64,000 nt of DNA. Origin: Candidatus Bathyarchaeota archaeon (GTDB lineage Archaea; Thermoproteota; Bathyarchaeia; TCS64). A program made the position numbers and the translations under genes. Where the stretch lies: contig CAVYLP010000006.1 in assembly GCA_963769425.1 (NCBI GenBank), forward strand, positions 64,001-128,000, read 5' to 3'. Within the stretch, counting starts at the first letter, position 1. Every line of letters begins with the position of its first letter. The notes below the pieces were generated by a model that was not told the DNA's origin, did not search any database, and saw nothing but the letters and a program-made list of their open reading frames with translations. Shown piece after piece: positions 18,296 to 28,704 of the stretch.

Positions 18296-20558
18296 TTAAA
18301 TTGTGACGCGGTAGCGGTCCATGAGCTCCTGGCGCTTGCCCTCGTTCCAACCCGTCACGTCCGTGTAGTAACCCGTTATCCTGCTCCACCACCTCACGTC
18401 CTCAGAGCCACACGACGGGCACGTCTTCAACATACCCGCCGTAGTGTGCTGGCACTTGCTGCACACCGTCAGGTCCTTCGTGTAGCTGAAGTACCCGATC
18501 TGGCTGTTCCTGCAGATGCGCTGCGTGAGCTTGTAGAGCGCCTCGGGGTCCGAGCACGCCTCGCCTAGCCAGGCGTGGAAGATGTTGCCGCCGCTGAGTA
18601 TGGGGAAGAACTTGTGTTCTATGTCGATCTTCGTCCCGAGTGGGATGTGTGCCCCCACGTAGGTATGCGTACCGTTGCTATAGTAGACGGGGAGGTCCCT
18701 CTTCCCCTTCAACAGCGCTGCGGCCCCCTCCATGTCGCCCTTTACCGTACCGACGGCATGCTTCTTGTACGTCGGGGAGACGAGGTCCGCGATAGCGAAG
18801 GTCTGCGCAGTCGACTCAGCGGGCGTCCTCGCCAACATGATCTTGAACCCGTTCCTCATCTCGAGCCCCTTCCGGTACTTCTCCATGTCCAGCAGGAGCC
18901 TGATGGCGAGGCGCACCGAGTCAGGGTCCTCGTGCAGCTGCTTACCCGTGAAGTGCTGCACCATCTCGTTGACGCCGACGACGCCGATGACGTTCACGAG
19001 CTCCGAGAAGTCCACCGCGGGTGGCCCCAGCTGTCCCGTGTGGGGGTCCCTGGGGGTCTGGGTCGCGAAGGGCACCATCTTGTTTGCGAGGGCCTTCTTC
19101 ATCCAGTGCTGTTTCGTCTTGAAGACGTCAACCGCCATCCGCATGTTCTCCTGCGCTGCCTCGAGCAGCTTGTCGTAGTCGCCGTTGGCGCGGTACGCCA
19201 TCCTCGGCATGTTGAGGCTGACGACCTGCCAGCCGCCCATGCTGAAGTGCTGCCCGCCCTCGAAGTAGAGTTTCTCGTTGAAGTGGGGGTCAGTCTCCGG
19301 TGTGTTCGCGAACTGGTACGCGCAGCACTGGTAGCAGCTTATGCCGTTGCCGTAGCCGCGGTAGGTCGGGAGCATGTTGTCGAAGTAGGGTGCCCCGAAC
19401 TTGCTCACGCTACTCGTGGACGAGCAGCCAGAGGTCATCGTACTCAGGCTTGAAGAACTCGGGCGAGACGTAGTTCTCGTTCTTGGGGAAGTTGAAGGGC
19501 TTGCCCCAGTAGTCCCCCTCGAGCGCCACCTCGGTGATGGCGCGGAAGAACATCTGGACCTCGTCCTCGTAGCTGCCGTAGGTGTCCGGCCCGACCCTGC
19601 CCTTCATGACGACTGGCACGTCGCGCCAGATCTTCGGCACACCCATCGGGAGCTGGATGTTACTGAACACCAGCTGCCCGCCACGCGTGACGTAGGTCTG
19701 CGTAAGCTCGTAGAACATCATCTGGGCGAGCTGCTTCACCTTCTCGTAGGGCAACCCCCTGAGGAAGGGCGCGAGGAACATCGTGTAGTACATGAAGCCC
19801 TGCCCACCGCTGAAGTTCGTCTGCCCCGCGGCCAACACCTTCACGCTGTGGAGGATGGCCACCTCCGGCTGCTTCGCCGGGCCCGCGACGCTGCTGCGGA
19901 AGCCCGAGCCGTCGGGGATGAGGCCGTAGTAGAGGAAATAGCGGAGGTCCCAGTCCTGGCAGAAGGGACGAGATCCAAAGTACTCCAGAGTATGGATGTG
20001 GATGTCACCCTGGTGGTGCGCCGTCGCAAGCGTCGGGTCCATCAGAAGCAGATACTGCTCCTTGCTGAGCCTGTCCGCCTTCTTCTTGTGAACCGTCTCA
20101 GGGTTCGGCTGAAGGTTCGCGTTCTCCTTCGCCTCAAAGCCACTGCCCGTGTCAATCTCATACGCGTCCACCACAGGCACACCGACACGCGTCAGGATGT
20201 TCCTGTAGATCTGGAGTTCGGGGGCGCTCTCCGACTCGCTCCACTCGAGGAGCACGTTGTTCGTGATCTCCCTCACCATCGGGCCGGAGACGACCTTGGG
20301 CTTGAAGAGCTTGATGCGCCTCTCGACCTCCTGGCTGAGCTTCTCCGCCCTCATGTTGCTCATGGGCTTCAGCCCGAACATCGTCTCAGCGAGCTCAGTC
20401 TCACGTACCAGTTGGTCGACTATGCGCGACTTGTTCCACTCCACGAGGTAGCCGTCGGTGGTGCGCACCATCGGCATACCCCTGTAGAGGCGCTCCGCTT
20501 TGTAGAACTGGTCTATGAACGTCTGGCCCTCGGGAAGATCCCTACCCCTCTTTAACAT
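18296..20558 (-). CDS. nrdD: Anaerobic (class III) ribonucleoside-triphosphate reductase with N-terminal ATP-cone, frameshift near 19415
   Basis: GDIHIH, FSGGQG, FNFPK, YQCCAY, TPAEST, YYSNGTH, CxxC..CPSCG zinc site, glycyl-radical motif SRITGYY. Confidence 0.93.
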
Positions 20559-20826
20559 TCAGCACATCCCTCACTACGCCCTCGCTCATCACCCCACCGG
20601 GGAACATCTCCTCAGACGACGCGCACCGGTCCCCCACCTCAAGTATCGGTGGGTTACCGAACATGTTCCTCATGACGAACTCCGTCTGCGCCTCCGTGTC
20701 GAACCACTTCGCCTCAAAGGCCACGTGGCGCTCCTTCATCCATTCCTTCAGCTGCTCACACTTTTTACAATCCGGAAGGGAGTAGACCCTTGCGACGGAG
20801 TTCGATGCACTCATACCAAACATCAC
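20542..20826 (-). CDS. Glutaredoxin/NrdH-like redoxin coupled to nrdD
   Basis: VYSLPDCKKC (CxxC) and cis-Pro-like NPPIL; overlaps the nrdD start. Confidence 0.8.
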   Translation of the reverse strand: MMFGMSASNSVARVYSLPDCKKCEQLKEWMKERHVAFEAKWFDTEAQTEFVMRNMFGNPPILEVGDRCASSEEMFPGGVMSEGVVRDVLNVKEG

Positions 20827-21068
20827 CGATGGAGATCGCTAGTTTAGATGATGCATGCTCAACCCGCGCTGTATAAGAACGTAGTCACGTGATTCATAAT
20901 ACTTCGAATAACGAATTTATTGGACAATCCTCTTTTCACTCACAATATATATAATTGTCTCAAAAAATATGAATCATACTAATGTATTACCAAATATCTA
21001 CAATAGTTTATATATTCAGACATACCAAGTTACATTCCGTAAAAGATTCAAAGAAAACGGGCTTAAAC

Positions 21069-21866
21069 ATGACAATCATAGTCTGCCTCGTCGGCACCCA
21101 CTTCCGCCGCCCCTTCGACGGCATACGCTACTGGAGCAAACACCATGGCATAACCAAGCTCTACCTGCTATACAGCAACGCCAAGGCCACAGATGAAACC
21201 GCGGTATTCAGCTACATGAGCCAGAAGAACGCCGAGGAGTTACGTAACAAGCTCGAGATCCTCGACCCTGAGCTCGTCGGCTTCGATCCGATGGACCACC
21301 GGAGCGCATTCAAAGCGATCTATAGTGTAGTAAGTAAGGCACGAGCCAGCGGCGAAGAGGTCCTCATCGACGTCACCAGCACCACCGACATTTCCCAAGG
21401 TGTAGCCCTTACTGTCGCCCTCATGTTCAGAAATGCCCGCGTTTACAGCGTTCCACCCGAGAAATCTGCCTGGTACGTCACTGGAAAGGTCGGTGATCCT
21501 CAGTTTGAGAAGTGGTTCGAGAACGCCCGCAATCAAAGCAGCAAGGAGCCTAAGGAAATACAGCTCCCAGGCTACCGCTTAGAGCCTAATACGAAGCATG
21601 AGGAGAAAGAGTGGGACCGCGAGAAGAAACTTTTAGTCCTACTACGTGAGAACGGCGGCGAGGCCGAGTCGATTAGCGATATTATCCGCTGGTTCGGCCA
21701 CAAAGCGGCCAGCTCCACCCTTCGAAACAAGTTTAGTCGCATAGTAACTAAGCTCGAGATGAAGGGACTCATCGACGCTGAGAAGGGGAGCAAGATGAAG
21801 GTCATAAGCCTCACCGAGTTCGGTGAAATATTCGCGGAGGCGCTCGCGGAGCAGAGCGCAGTATAA
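21069..21866 (+). CDS. CARF-like (Csa3/DUF6293-type) ligand-binding domain plus C-terminal winged HTH regulator
   Basis: IIVCLVG, KLYLLYS, VLIDVTSTT..ALTVAL, VYSVP Rossmann-like pattern; C-terminal LEMKGLI..LTEFG wHTH. Confidence 0.7.
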   Translation: MTIIVCLVGTHFRRPFDGIRYWSKHHGITKLYLLYSNAKATDETAVFSYMSQKNAEELRNKLEILDPELVGFDPMDHRSAFKAIYSVVSKARASGEEVLIDVTSTTDISQGVALTVALMFRNARVYSVPPEKSAWYVTGKVGDPQFEKWFENARNQSSKEPKEIQLPGYRLEPNTKHEEKEWDREKKLLVLLRENGGEAESISDIIRWFGHKAASSTLRNKFSRIVTKLEMKGLIDAEKGSKMKVISLTEFGEIFAEALAEQSAV

Positions 21867-22129
21867 CGCTGGGTACCCGCGTACTGCAACACTTTACAGC
21901 GTAGAGTGAATAACTGATCCTCAGCATGGGTCCAGTTTTCCGTTTACCTCAATATGTAGTCGCCCACTCGCAAATGACCTGCGTAATATGTGATATTATT
22001 ATTCGGATTATGTATTAGGGCATTCTCCTTTAGCTGAGGCGGAAAATAATCACCCCTAAACGCGCTCGGATTTAGCTAAGTTTTTAAACCAATCGCCCCG
22101 AGGCTACCATAAGAATCGAGGGATTATGC

Positions 22130-22906
22130 TTGCTAGCTGAGGTAGTTCTCACCCCATCAGAGGGGAAGAGGCTGATCGCTAAGGCGATAGCCCATATGGA
22201 GATAGTCAAACTCGCAAAGGAGAACGGTACCGTCATCGTCGCGACCAGCACGACGAACGCCTACGTCCTCGAGGAACTCCTAGGGAAGGAGATCAAGGAG
22301 AAGGGCATGTTCACGGCGGGCGTCGTGACAAAAGATGGGCTCCAGATCACAGAGGCAAAGGGTAGGGGTGATCACACAGTCATACAGAAGGGCAAGGTCA
22401 AGACCGTCAAGGTCCCCGAGCTCGGCGACATCCTCAAGGATATGGGCCCCGGCGACATCTTCATCAAAGGCGCGAACGCCATCGACCCCTTCGGCCAGGC
22501 TGGCATCCTCCTCGGAGGAAGCGGCGGAGGGACCATCGGCGCGGCATGGGGCTACCTCACGAGCAACGGGATAACAACCATCATCGCGGCGGGCCTCGAG
22601 AAGCTCGTCCCCATTAACCTCACCGACGCTGTCAACCGCATGGGCATCATGAAGGTCGACACCGCCCTAGATGTGAAGTGCGGTATGATGGTCATCGGCG
22701 GTTACATAATCACCGAGATGGAATCCTTTAAGGAGCTTTTCGGAGTCGACGTCGTACCAATCGGTGGGGGCGGCATCGATGGCGCTGAGGGCGCCAAGAT
22801 CTTCCTCCTCGACGGCGAGGACGAAGCGGTGAAAGAGGCGGTCGCGATGGTAAAGTCCATACGCGGCGAGCCAAAGCTCACCACCCGCACCATCAAGCAG
22901 AAGTAG
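22130..22906 (+). CDS. Conserved uncharacterised protein of anaerobes, NagB/RpiA/CoA-transferase-like fold
   Basis: LTPSEGKRLIAKA, STTNAYV, FIKGANAID, GLEKL, GGGGIDGAEG. Confidence 0.6.
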   Translation: MLAEVVLTPSEGKRLIAKAIAHMEIVKLAKENGTVIVATSTTNAYVLEELLGKEIKEKGMFTAGVVTKDGLQITEAKGRGDHTVIQKGKVKTVKVPELGDILKDMGPGDIFIKGANAIDPFGQAGILLGGSGGGTIGAAWGYLTSNGITTIIAAGLEKLVPINLTDAVNRMGIMKVDTALDVKCGMMVIGGYIITEMESFKELFGVDVVPIGGGGIDGAEGAKIFLLDGEDEAVKEAVAMVKSIRGEPKLTTRTIKQK

Positions 22907-24107
22907 GCGCCTTTTCCAAGCGCCACTCAATCTTCTCCGCCCCGTTGAAGCGGGCGAAATCATCCAGTGTCTTTTGGAACTCGTTCTCGTACACCTCATC
23001 GGGCTTGAACCCGTCCTCGTACCAGAGACCGCGAACGATGAGCTTCTTCTCCTTCCTATCCAGCTTCGGGTCGAGGCGCCCCACGAATCTATCACCATAT
23101 AGTATGGGAGTCGTGAAGTAGCCGTACTTCCTCTGCTCCGGCTTCAGGTAGACCTCCAGCGCCCGCTCGAAGCCGAAGAGTGTGTCGAGCCTATCGGCGT
23201 GCCAGAGGAGGCTGTCGAAGTAGTTGGCGAAGCGGACGCCATCGTAGCTCCAATCCTTTTCCAACTCCCCAAGGCGCGGCGTGTCATCCGCGAGGCAGTA
23301 GTAGGGGGTCTTCAGTCCATCGACGTTCAACCTCGCGGCGGCGCCCTCCTCAACGAGCCCATCGAGGAGAGCCTGAATCTGTTTCGTCGACAACCCGAGC
23401 TTGACGCACCACGTGTGATAATAGGATTTTACGTCGGCAGGTTTCGTGGCGCCGAGGCTGCCGAGGGTCCGAGTGGCAAAGAACCTGTTCCTCTCATCCT
23501 CCGTGGGCTCCGAGGCATCTATCCATGAAGGCAGCACCCTCTCAGTGAGGTCGTATATCCTCTGGAAGCCGTCACGGCGGGTCACCATGAGGTCCCCCGC
23601 GCTGAAGAGGGCCTCAAGAGCACGCTTCGAGGGTTTCCACCCCCACCATCCGCTGCTTGGCTTCTTCCCCTCGAAGTCGGCGCTTCCCAAGGGGCCCTCC
23701 TTCCTGACCCGCTCAAGGGCGGAGTCGACGAGGGCGGGGTCGACGCGGCTGAACCAGCCCGTGTGTATGACCTTACTCTTGGCCCTCTCCTTATTGGCGG
23801 CGATGAGATATCTCCAGTGGTCCATCGGCATGTAGCACATGGCGTGGCCCCACCCCTCGAAGATGCGCCTATCCTCGTACGCGAGGGAGTGAAGATCAGC
23901 TTTCTTGTATTGCCCTAGTCGGGTCCAGAGCGTGAAGTAGTGGGCTCGCTCCACGACGTTTATCGTGTCAATCTGGACACATCCAAGGCGCCCGATGGTC
24001 TCCTCAACCCTCCGCTTCGTCGCCCTCCCCGGCGGGTCGCCTATGCCCTGCTTCTCCAGCTGGAGCCTCCTCGCGGCGTCCACGGAGACATTCAGCTCTG
24101 AGACCAT
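22893..24107 (-). CDS. ycaQ-like: YcaQ/AlkZ-family DNA crosslink-repair glycosylase (HTH_42)
   Basis: QIDTINVVERAH (QxD), WWGWKP, FQRIYDL, R.YGYF..PIL.GD..VGRLDPK. Confidence 0.9.
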   Translation of the reverse strand: MVSELNVSVDAARRLQLEKQGIGDPPGRATKRRVEETIGRLGCVQIDTINVVERAHYFTLWTRLGQYKKADLHSLAYEDRRIFEGWGHAMCYMPMDHWRYLIAANKERAKSKVIHTGWFSRVDPALVDSALERVRKEGPLGSADFEGKKPSSGWWGWKPSKRALEALFSAGDLMVTRRDGFQRIYDLTERVLPSWIDASEPTEDERNRFFATRTLGSLGATKPADVKSYYHTWCVKLGLSTKQIQALLDGLVEEGAAARLNVDGLKTPYYCLADDTPRLGELEKDWSYDGVRFANYFDSLLWHADRLDTLFGFERALEVYLKPEQRKYGYFTTPILYGDRFVGRLDPKLDRKEKKLIVRGLWYEDGFKPDEVYENEFQKTLDDFARFNGAEKIEWRLEKAPTSA

Positions 24108-24552
24108 CCTAACACCTTTCAGACAAGCGCTTGATTAAGGATTCCATTTTTCACATAGATTTAAACCACTAAGGGTGAAGGGGAGATACAGGTACCTAAA
24201 AGTGGCTCCGGACCTTGTGGGGCAGATCGAGTTCTGGGGGATAGTGCTTTCACTCATTCTCCTCCCGGTACTCTGGATCCCGATAAGATAAGGAAAAGCC
24301 ACGGATCATGAAAGACGCGACAAACTGCCCCTGGAACTCACCGAAGGAGCCAAGAAGGCTGGGCTACCGGGCATAGACTACAATGTGGTCTCCACTGAGG
24401 TATGAGCACCCTGACCTCAGGTAGTACGAGGAGAAGGTAAGGAAAGAGGCCGAGGAGCAGGCGAAGAAGAAGAGCGGGAAACCCGCCTGAAGGGATTAGT
24501 CCCCCTGCAACACGCTTAAAGACCCGGGCATAGAATCACGTGGGGATAAACG

Positions 24553-25533
24553 ATGCCGGAGCAACCCGCCTGGGAGATAAAAAAGACCATTTACACACGC
24601 GCCGAGGAAGAACACGACCCCAGCCTCGGCCTCCCACCCGAGGACCGAAACCTCCAGCAGATGCTCAAGCGCGGCGTCGTCATCGTCGACAAGGTCCCCG
24701 GACCCACGAGCCACGAAGTAGTCGCTTGGGTAAAGAAGCTCATGGAGTTAGACCACGTCGGCCACGGCGGCACCCTCGACCCGAAGGTTACCGGCGTCCT
24801 ACCCGTCACCCTGGAGGACTCGACCAAATGTGTCCAGGCCCTACTCGACTCCGGGAAGCAGTACGTCACCATAATGCGCACCCACGAGGACGTGGAGGAG
24901 AAGCATCTCGTGGAGACCCTGAAGCAGTTCGAGGGAGAAATCTACCAGAGGCCACCGCTCCGCTCGGCGGTCAGCAGGCGCCTCCGCACACGCTACATCT
25001 ACAAGATAGAGTACATCGAGGGGGACGGCAGGAACTGGCTCTTCAAGGTCGACTGCCAGAGCGGGACGTATATCAGAAAGCTCTGCAGCGACGTCGGTGA
25101 GGTCCTCGGCGGCGGCGCCCACATGCACGAGCTACGCCGAACACGCAGCGGCCCATTCGTCGAAGCGCAGGCCGTCACGCTCTACGATATCGCGGACGCG
25201 ATGGACCAGCACAGAGAGGGAAATGATGCGGCGCTGATGAAGATACTCCACCCCGTTGAGGAGGCGTTGGCCCTCCTCCCCCATATCTGGGTGAGGGACT
25301 CCGCGGTCGAGGCACTTTGCACGGGAGCCCAACTCGCAGTCCCCGGCATCCTCCGGCTGGAGTCGGGGATAGAGCCTAAGAGTCTCATCGCCATCATGAC
25401 ACAGCGCAACGAGGCCGTCGCCCTGATGAAGGCGGAGATGAACACCGACACCATCCTCAAGGAGGAGCACGGCATCGCCGCCATACCCGAGCGCGTCATC
25501 ATGATCAGGGGCACCTACCCGAAGTCATGGTAG
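24553..25533 (+). CDS. cbf5: H/ACA RNA-guided pseudouridine synthase Cbf5 (TruB family)
   Basis: DKVPGPTSHEV, GHGGTLDP, IYQRPPLRSAV, SGTYIRKL, PUA domain, TYPKSW. Confidence 0.96.
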   Translation: MPEQPAWEIKKTIYTRAEEEHDPSLGLPPEDRNLQQMLKRGVVIVDKVPGPTSHEVVAWVKKLMELDHVGHGGTLDPKVTGVLPVTLEDSTKCVQALLDSGKQYVTIMRTHEDVEEKHLVETLKQFEGEIYQRPPLRSAVSRRLRTRYIYKIEYIEGDGRNWLFKVDCQSGTYIRKLCSDVGEVLGGGAHMHELRRTRSGPFVEAQAVTLYDIADAMDQHREGNDAALMKILHPVEEALALLPHIWVRDSAVEALCTGAQLAVPGILRLESGIEPKSLIAIMTQRNEAVALMKAEMNTDTILKEEHGIAAIPERVIMIRGTYPKSW

Positions 25534-25643
25534 GCGCAACCAAACATTTTTCAGGTGTTCCATGCGGGTGCATCCACTCGAGCACTTGACAGTCAAACCC
25601 TTATCCCCCTATTACTGCCTCGATTAAATTCTAATCGAAGAGG

Positions 25644-26186
25644 TCAGGGAAATGAGCGAGGCCGCGCGTTGCCTTGTCCCTAAATTGATAAAAGACGGTC
25701 TAAAATGGTCCTAAACACCATTATGCCAAATAAGGCTACCAAGTAGACCCTTCTTTCATCGAGATCCTGTTCCAACACACTCAGCTATATATAGCGACGT
25801 CATCGGGGACACGTCGCCGGAACCATCTGAAACGCGTTGAAAACCATTGAATATCGATTGAAAACCGTTGCATTCCGTGTGCCTTCAACATCATTGAAGG
25901 GCGTGGATCGCGGTTCATTGAACGATGTGAATGGAGGCGGGGGAAGTGGACTGCTATTTAATCGAAGGCGTAACCCAGTCTAGATGTATTCAGTCATCGG
26001 TGTGAAGGGTGTCCCGTGGAAACACCTTATTAGTGGTTACCACTTATGGGAAACATCGTTGCAAACGGGTTGACGAAGGCTGAGGAGACATTGAGTGATC
26101 CTCTCAGCCGGTGATGGGGGTTATGACCGTTTAAAACCGGTATAATAATAAGGGGACAAGACAGCGCGCGGAGGTCCTCGCCCTGA
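25644..26186. repeat. Hairpin-rich element bounded by an ~80-bp imperfect inverted repeat
   Basis: Left arm 25644-25723 and right arm 26112-26186; core CCGCGCGTTGCCTTGTCCCT vs reverse complement CCGCGCGCTGTCTTGTCCCC, 17/20 identical. Confidence 0.6.
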
Positions 26187-26350
26187 TACCCCACGCGGCT
26201 TATCACCTCGGTGCCATCCGCCAAATCGCTTTGTTGACCAAACAGCCGCATAAAAATGTAAAATAAGGCGAATACGTCGGTAATACTACGTTTATTTCCG
26301 AACAAATCTTATCTATTAGATTGAGAGAAATATTAAATGTGGGATGTGGG

Positions 26351-26503
26351 TTGAGTGCGATAGGACCGGCCAGGGTGGAACTGATTGAGAACAAGTTGAT
26401 CGAGTTGGAAAAGGAGGTCGAGGAACTGAGAAGGATCATTATATTGTCTCGACTGAAGGTTCGCTCGATCAAGTCTGAGATAAACGTGAGTGATAATAAG
26501 TAA
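26351..26503 (+). CDS. Small coiled-coil hypothetical protein
   Basis: Heptad-like RVELIENKLIELEKEVEELRR; start uncertain. Confidence 0.4.
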   Translation: MSAIGPARVELIENKLIELEKEVEELRRIIILSRLKVRSIKSEINVSDNK

Positions 26504-26598
26504 GAGACTGGCTCGCGATCCTCGATTCTTCCATCATCGTTTCTTTTTCAAACCCAAAACGGATAGCCTAAAAAACGCATCATTTCGCTTACCCTAGT

Positions 26599-27198
26599 GT
26601 GTCAGAACACTACTTCTCGGAGAGCCCGACCTCCCCCGAGGAGAGGGGCCTCATAAGGACGAAGCTTAGGGGCATCGACTTCGAGTTCGAGACAAGCTCG
26701 GGAGTTTTCAGCCACAAGCGCGTCGACTCGGGGACACGCCTGCTCGTAGAATCCATGACGCTACCGGAGAGGGGCAGGATCCTCGACCTCGGTTGCGGCA
26801 TCGGCGTAGTCGGGATAGTAGCCGCGAAGCTCAACCCCGTCCTGGAGGTCTGGATGACGGACGTGAACAGCCGGGCGGTCTCCCTGGCGGAGTCTAACAC
26901 GAGACGCAACAGCGTGAAGGCCACCGTGAGGCAGGGCAGCCTCTACGAGCCGGTCAAGGGTGTCAAATTCGACCTCATAATCACCAACCCACCAATGTCG
27001 GCGGGGATAGACGCCGTCGTGAGGCCCATGATAGAGGGTGCCCCTGCGCATCTCGTTGAGGGCGGAGCCTTTCAGTTGGTCGTCCAGTCAAACAAGGGCG
27101 GAAGAACCCTCTCTGGGATAATCGAGGAGGCTTTCGGGAACATCGAGGTCACCTCTAGGGGCGGAGGATTCAGGGTCTTCACCGCGAAGCGGCCCTAA
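26599..27198 (+). CDS. Class I SAM-dependent methyltransferase, RsmC/MJ0882-like
   Basis: HYFS, SGVFS..VDSGT, LDLGCGIG, ITNPP. Confidence 0.9.
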   Translation: MSEHYFSESPTSPEERGLIRTKLRGIDFEFETSSGVFSHKRVDSGTRLLVESMTLPERGRILDLGCGIGVVGIVAAKLNPVLEVWMTDVNSRAVSLAESNTRRNSVKATVRQGSLYEPVKGVKFDLIITNPPMSAGIDAVVRPMIEGAPAHLVEGGAFQLVVQSNKGGRTLSGIIEEAFGNIEVTSRGGGFRVFTAKRP

Positions 27199-27213
27199 AG
27201 AATTGAAAAACGG

Positions 27214-28446
27214 TTAGTCCTGCTGGGAGTAGGCCTCCTCGCCGTGCTCGGCGAGGTCTAGTCCCTTCTCTTCGTCCTCGGGGGAGACCCTGAGGGGAGA
27301 GAAGATGTTGATGAACTTGAGGAGCAGGTAGGAGCCGAAGAATGAGTAGGCGGCGATCACCACGACGGCGATGATCTGCGCAGTGAGTAGGTGGGTGTTT
27401 CCGAAGAGGAAGCCGTTTACCGAGGTCGGGTTGATGAGAACCGTGGCGAAGAGGCCGGTGGCGATGGAGCCCCAGATACCGCTCATGCCGTGGCAGGAGA
27501 AGACGTCGAGGGTGTCGTCGATCCTCGTCCTCGTCGCCCTCCAGTTAGACATCAGGTTCGAGAGCACTCCGGCGACGGCGCCGATTATGAGTGCCGAGAT
27601 CACGTTGACGTAACCGGAGGCGGGCGTGATGGCGACTAGGCCACAGACCGCGCCAACCGCCATGCCGACCGCCGAGGGCTTGCCCTTCATGATCCAGTCG
27701 ACCGCCATCCACGTGACGGCGGCGGCCGCGGCGGCGAGGTTCGTGTTCACAAGCGCAAAGACCATTATCGAGTCGGCCCCGAGGGCGCTGCCCGCGTTGA
27801 AGCCGAACCAGCCGAACCAGAGCAGCGCAGCCCCCAGGATGACGTAGGGGATGTTGCTCGGCTTCAGGGTCTCCTTCTTCTCAATGTCCTTCCTCCGCCC
27901 GATGACGATGGCGGCGGCTAAGGCGGAGAGACCCGCTGTGATGTGGACGACTAGCCCACCAGCGAAGTCAATCGCCCCGATGGCCTTGAGCCACCCGTCG
28001 GTGTTCCACACCCAGTGCGCCACGGGGCTGTAGATGAGCGTGGACCAGAGGATGATGAAGATGAGGAGGGACCGGAAGTGTATCCTCTCCGCGAAGGCCC
28101 CGATGATGAGAGCAGGGGTGATCGCGGCGAACTTGAGCTGGAAAGCGAAGAAGAGCAACTCGGGGATGAGCGGGGCGTAGGCCATGTTGGGCGCGGCGCC
28201 TATCCCGTTGAGCCCGGCCCACGAGAGGTCGCCGATGATGCCGTGGATGCTCGGCCCGAAGACAAGGCTATAACCCCAGAGGGTCCAGACGATGCTCACA
28301 ACGGCGAAGATTATTAGACACTGAACCAGCGTCGATAGGAGGTTTTTCCTCCTGACAAGCCCCGCGTAGAAGAATCCCAGTGCGGGGGTCATTAGCATAA
28401 CGAGAGCGGTGGCTACCGCAACCCAGGCGATGTCACCCGGATTCAA
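27214..28446 (-). CDS. amtB: Ammonium transporter (copy 1)
   Basis: GDIAW, MTPALGFFY, DFAGGLVVH, LWFGWFGFNAGS, DDTLDVFSCHG, GLDLAEHGEEAY. Confidence 0.97.
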   Translation of the reverse strand: MNPGDIAWVAVATALVMLMTPALGFFYAGLVRRKNLLSTLVQCLIIFAVVSIVWTLWGYSLVFGPSIHGIIGDLSWAGLNGIGAAPNMAYAPLIPELLFFAFQLKFAAITPALIIGAFAERIHFRSLLIFIILWSTLIYSPVAHWVWNTDGWLKAIGAIDFAGGLVVHITAGLSALAAAIVIGRRKDIEKKETLKPSNIPYVILGAALLWFGWFGFNAGSALGADSIMVFALVNTNLAAAAAAVTWMAVDWIMKGKPSAVGMAVGAVCGLVAITPASGYVNVISALIIGAVAGVLSNLMSNWRATRTRIDDTLDVFSCHGMSGIWGSIATGLFATVLINPTSVNGFLFGNTHLLTAQIIAVVVIAAYSFFGSYLLLKFINIFSPLRVSPEDEEKGLDLAEHGEEAYSQQD

Positions 28447-28704
28447 TCAGTCAAACACCTTCACGGAAAGACGAAAAACAACGTATTTGAGGTTTATCCA
28501 CCTAAAATAATGGATTATACTCCTAAATGTTCAGTGAATTGATGCAATAAATAGACGTTATAAGCTGAATTAACCCATTTTTACGTACATATTATGGGCC
28601 TTAGACGGGGGTTAATCCTAGTTTATCTTATTTTATGAGGTAATTTAGTCAGAAAATCTGTATATTAAGAATATTTGTTGATGATTACGGATTATGTCCG
28701 GTTT

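Noticed and set aside
18575-20555. Long antisense ORFs over nrdD and similar shadow ORFs throughout the window
   Set aside because: Expected from high GC at third codon positions on the coding strand; no protein motifs
24201-24489. Short frame with two in-frame TAG codons upstream of cbf5, as possible pyrrolysine read-through
   Set aside because: No pyl genes in the window and no recognisable protein family; more likely a decayed gene or sequencing noise
24553-25533. Bulge-helix-bulge intron in cbf5, as in some crenarchaea
   Set aside because: The frame is continuous from the start through all TruB motifs
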